Below, one piece after another: positions 26,601 through 27,979 of a stretch of DNA of 27,979 nucleotides (positions are counted from its first letter, which is position 1; every line of letters starts with the position of its first letter). The position numbers were made by a program, and so were the translations under genes. The DNA comes from an uncultured virus (IMG/VR IMGVR_UViG_3300030085_002643) (Duplodnaviria > Heunggongvirae > Uroviricota > Caudoviricetes > Kyanoviridae). Location: the IMG/VR virus record IMGVR_UViG_3300030085_002643; one strand, given 5' to 3'. Under the pieces are notes generated by a model. That model was given only the letters and a program-made list of their open reading frames with translations, was not told the DNA's origin and did not search any database.

Positions 26601-27979
26601 TGTTGATGCTAACTTTGCAGTTAGAAGTGGCAGCACAGATAAGTTTACTGTTGCTTCTTCCTCTGGTAATGTCGCAACTGACGGTACATTAGATGTTGCT
26701 GGTGCTACTGGTATCGACGGAAACTTTGATGTCGGCACAAACAAGTTTACTGTTGCTGTTGCAAGTGGTAATACAGTTGTTGCTGGCACCTTAAGAGTTG
26801 ATGGTCAGATTGATATCAATGATTCTGTTATCATCGACGAAGCAAATGAAATCTTCTCTATTAGAAACGGTTCTGCCGTCGAGAAGTTTGGTGTTGATAC
26901 TGATAATGGTAATACAAATATTATCGGCACACTGACTGTTGGTGATGCAACTCAAATTAATAATACTCTTGGTGTTTCAAACGTAACAACAATTACAAGG
27001 AACACACAACAAACTCTTACTGGTTCTTACGCTGCTGATGGTGCATTCCGTCTGACTGGTGGTGCTGGTATTGGTAAGAACCTCGCCGTTGGCGGTGCTG
27101 CAAGAGTCTATGGTGCTACAGAACTGACAGGTGCTCTTGATCTTAATAACTCTGCAGATATCTCTGGTGCTTTGGTAACTCATGATGACGTTACTATTAC
27201 TGCAGATAACAAAACATTTGCTATTCAAAATGCATCTGCCGCTAACAAATTTACAGTAGATACTGACAATGGTAACACTGATATTCGTGGAACCTTGGCT
27301 GTTGGTGGTGATCTAACTGCCGAGTCGGATCTTACTATTACTGGAAATCTAACGGTCAATGGAACAACCACTACTGTCAACTCTACGGTCACAACTATCG
27401 ATGACCCTATTATTACTGTGGGTGGTGACACAGCACCATCGTCTAACGACGGTAAGGATCGTGGTGTTGAGTTCCGTTATTACGACGGCTCTGCGAAAAT
27501 TGGTTTCTTTGGATTCGACAGATCGACCTCCCAATTCGCATTCTTAACAAGTGCAACCAACAACTCTGAAGTTCTTACTGGTACAGATGGTGCTCTTCGT
27601 GCTGGTAGTCTCAATCTTACTGGCAGTGGCACATCTCTTGATGTTGATGCCAATGCCAACATTGATGGCACCCTGACTGTAGATGGTCAGATCATCTCTC
27701 AAGTCTCCTCTGGTCCTGCTCTGGTTATTCCTACCACTGCTAAGATCAACAATCTGAACGCTGACCTTCTGGACAGCATGACAACTGCAAGTGCAAACAC
27801 TGCATCTACAGTGGTTAATCGTGATGCTAACGGTGATTTTGCTGCAGGAACTATTACTGCTGCTCTGACAGGTAATGCTTCCACAGCAACGACTCTGCAG
27901 ACTGCAAGAAATATTGCAGTTGCTGGTGTTGTTTCTGGAACTGTATCTTTCAATGGATCTGCTGACGTAAGTATTACTA
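23630..27979 (+). CDS. Long tail-fibre-like protein, 3'-truncated, about 1445 aa or more, spanning a scaffold gap
   Basis: Mtd_N/hyaluronidase-type N-terminus (IQLRRGGAQEWANSNPTLAQGELGIELDTGRFKIGDG); TVDxxGR fibre motifs. After the N run, frame 1 (25555..27978) is open to the window end with the same repeat vocabulary. Confidence 0.85.
25304..27618 (+). repeat. Duplicated module of about 95 aa in the fibre (copies at about 25304-25614 and 27343-27618)
   Basis: GDLQVDGVTTTVNSTTLQVDDVIMTLGGDTAPSSDDNKDRGVEFRYYD versus GNLTVNGTTTTVNSTVTTIDDPIITVGGDTAPSSNDGKDRGVEFRYYD. Confidence 0.9.
25545..25554. other. Assembly/scaffold gap (10 N)
   Basis: Ten Ns flanked on both sides by AATA (25541-25544 and 25555-25558). 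Confidence 0.95.

Larger units (their letters stand above)
1..27979 (+). mobile_element. T4-like myovirus (probable cyanophage) genome segment: baseplate and tail-fibre module
   Basis: Contains gp8, gp7-like, gp9/10-like and DUF4815-like genes; T4 late promoter boxes; single-strand dense coding; very large Gly/Thr/Ser-rich virion-type proteins typical of T4-like cyanophages. No host genes seen. Confidence 0.93.

Noticed and set aside
181..27953. The many 60-170 aa minus-strand and alternate-frame ORFs
   Set aside because: All lie within long + strand genes and show no recognisable motifs; they are expected shadows of biased codon usage.
23630..27979. Diversity-generating retroelement suggested by the Mtd-like N-terminus
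   Set aside because: No reverse transcriptase and no near-identical TR/VR pair with adenine-specific mismatches in the window; the internal repeats differ at all base types. The C-terminus is outside the window, so it cannot be fully excluded.
1..27979. CRISPR arrays, tRNAs, introns, inteins, stop-codon recoding
   Set aside because: Intergenic gaps are at most about 80 nt; no spaced repeats, cloverleafs, homing-endonuclease or intein motifs were seen; the ORFs are long under the standard code.
23630..27979. T4 gp37-like HxH iron-binding motifs in the fibre
   Set aside because: No HxH repeats seen in the visible part of the fibre.

Overview
Late structural (baseplate and fibre) gene region of a large T4-like myovirus, most likely a marine cyanophage (Kyanoviridae type). 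It is AT-rich, almost entirely coding and all on the + strand. Gene order: 5'-truncated giant gp7-like baseplate wedge protein (<1..8664, at least 2887 aa; the frame is open from base 1); a 408-aa protein with a T4 gp9/gp10-like N-terminus and a C-terminal cupredoxin-like domain; a 1386-aa YHYH-family protein with two inserted cupredoxin-like domains; gp8; a 2485-aa DUF4815/VrlC-like protein; two small coiled-coil proteins; an intrinsic terminator; and a long Mtd_N-headed fibre gene (23630..>27979) that appears broken only because of a 10-N scaffold gap. Three T4-type late promoter boxes (TATAAATA/CATAAATA) lie at gene boundaries. The strongest signals are (i) complete blue-copper-type ligand sets (His...Cys-x2-His-x2-Met) in two adjacent putative virion proteins, plus one ligand-less copy, and (ii) nested domain insertion in the gp7-like protein, including two circularly permuted copies of one module. 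All family assignments come from motif recognition by eye, not from database searches.
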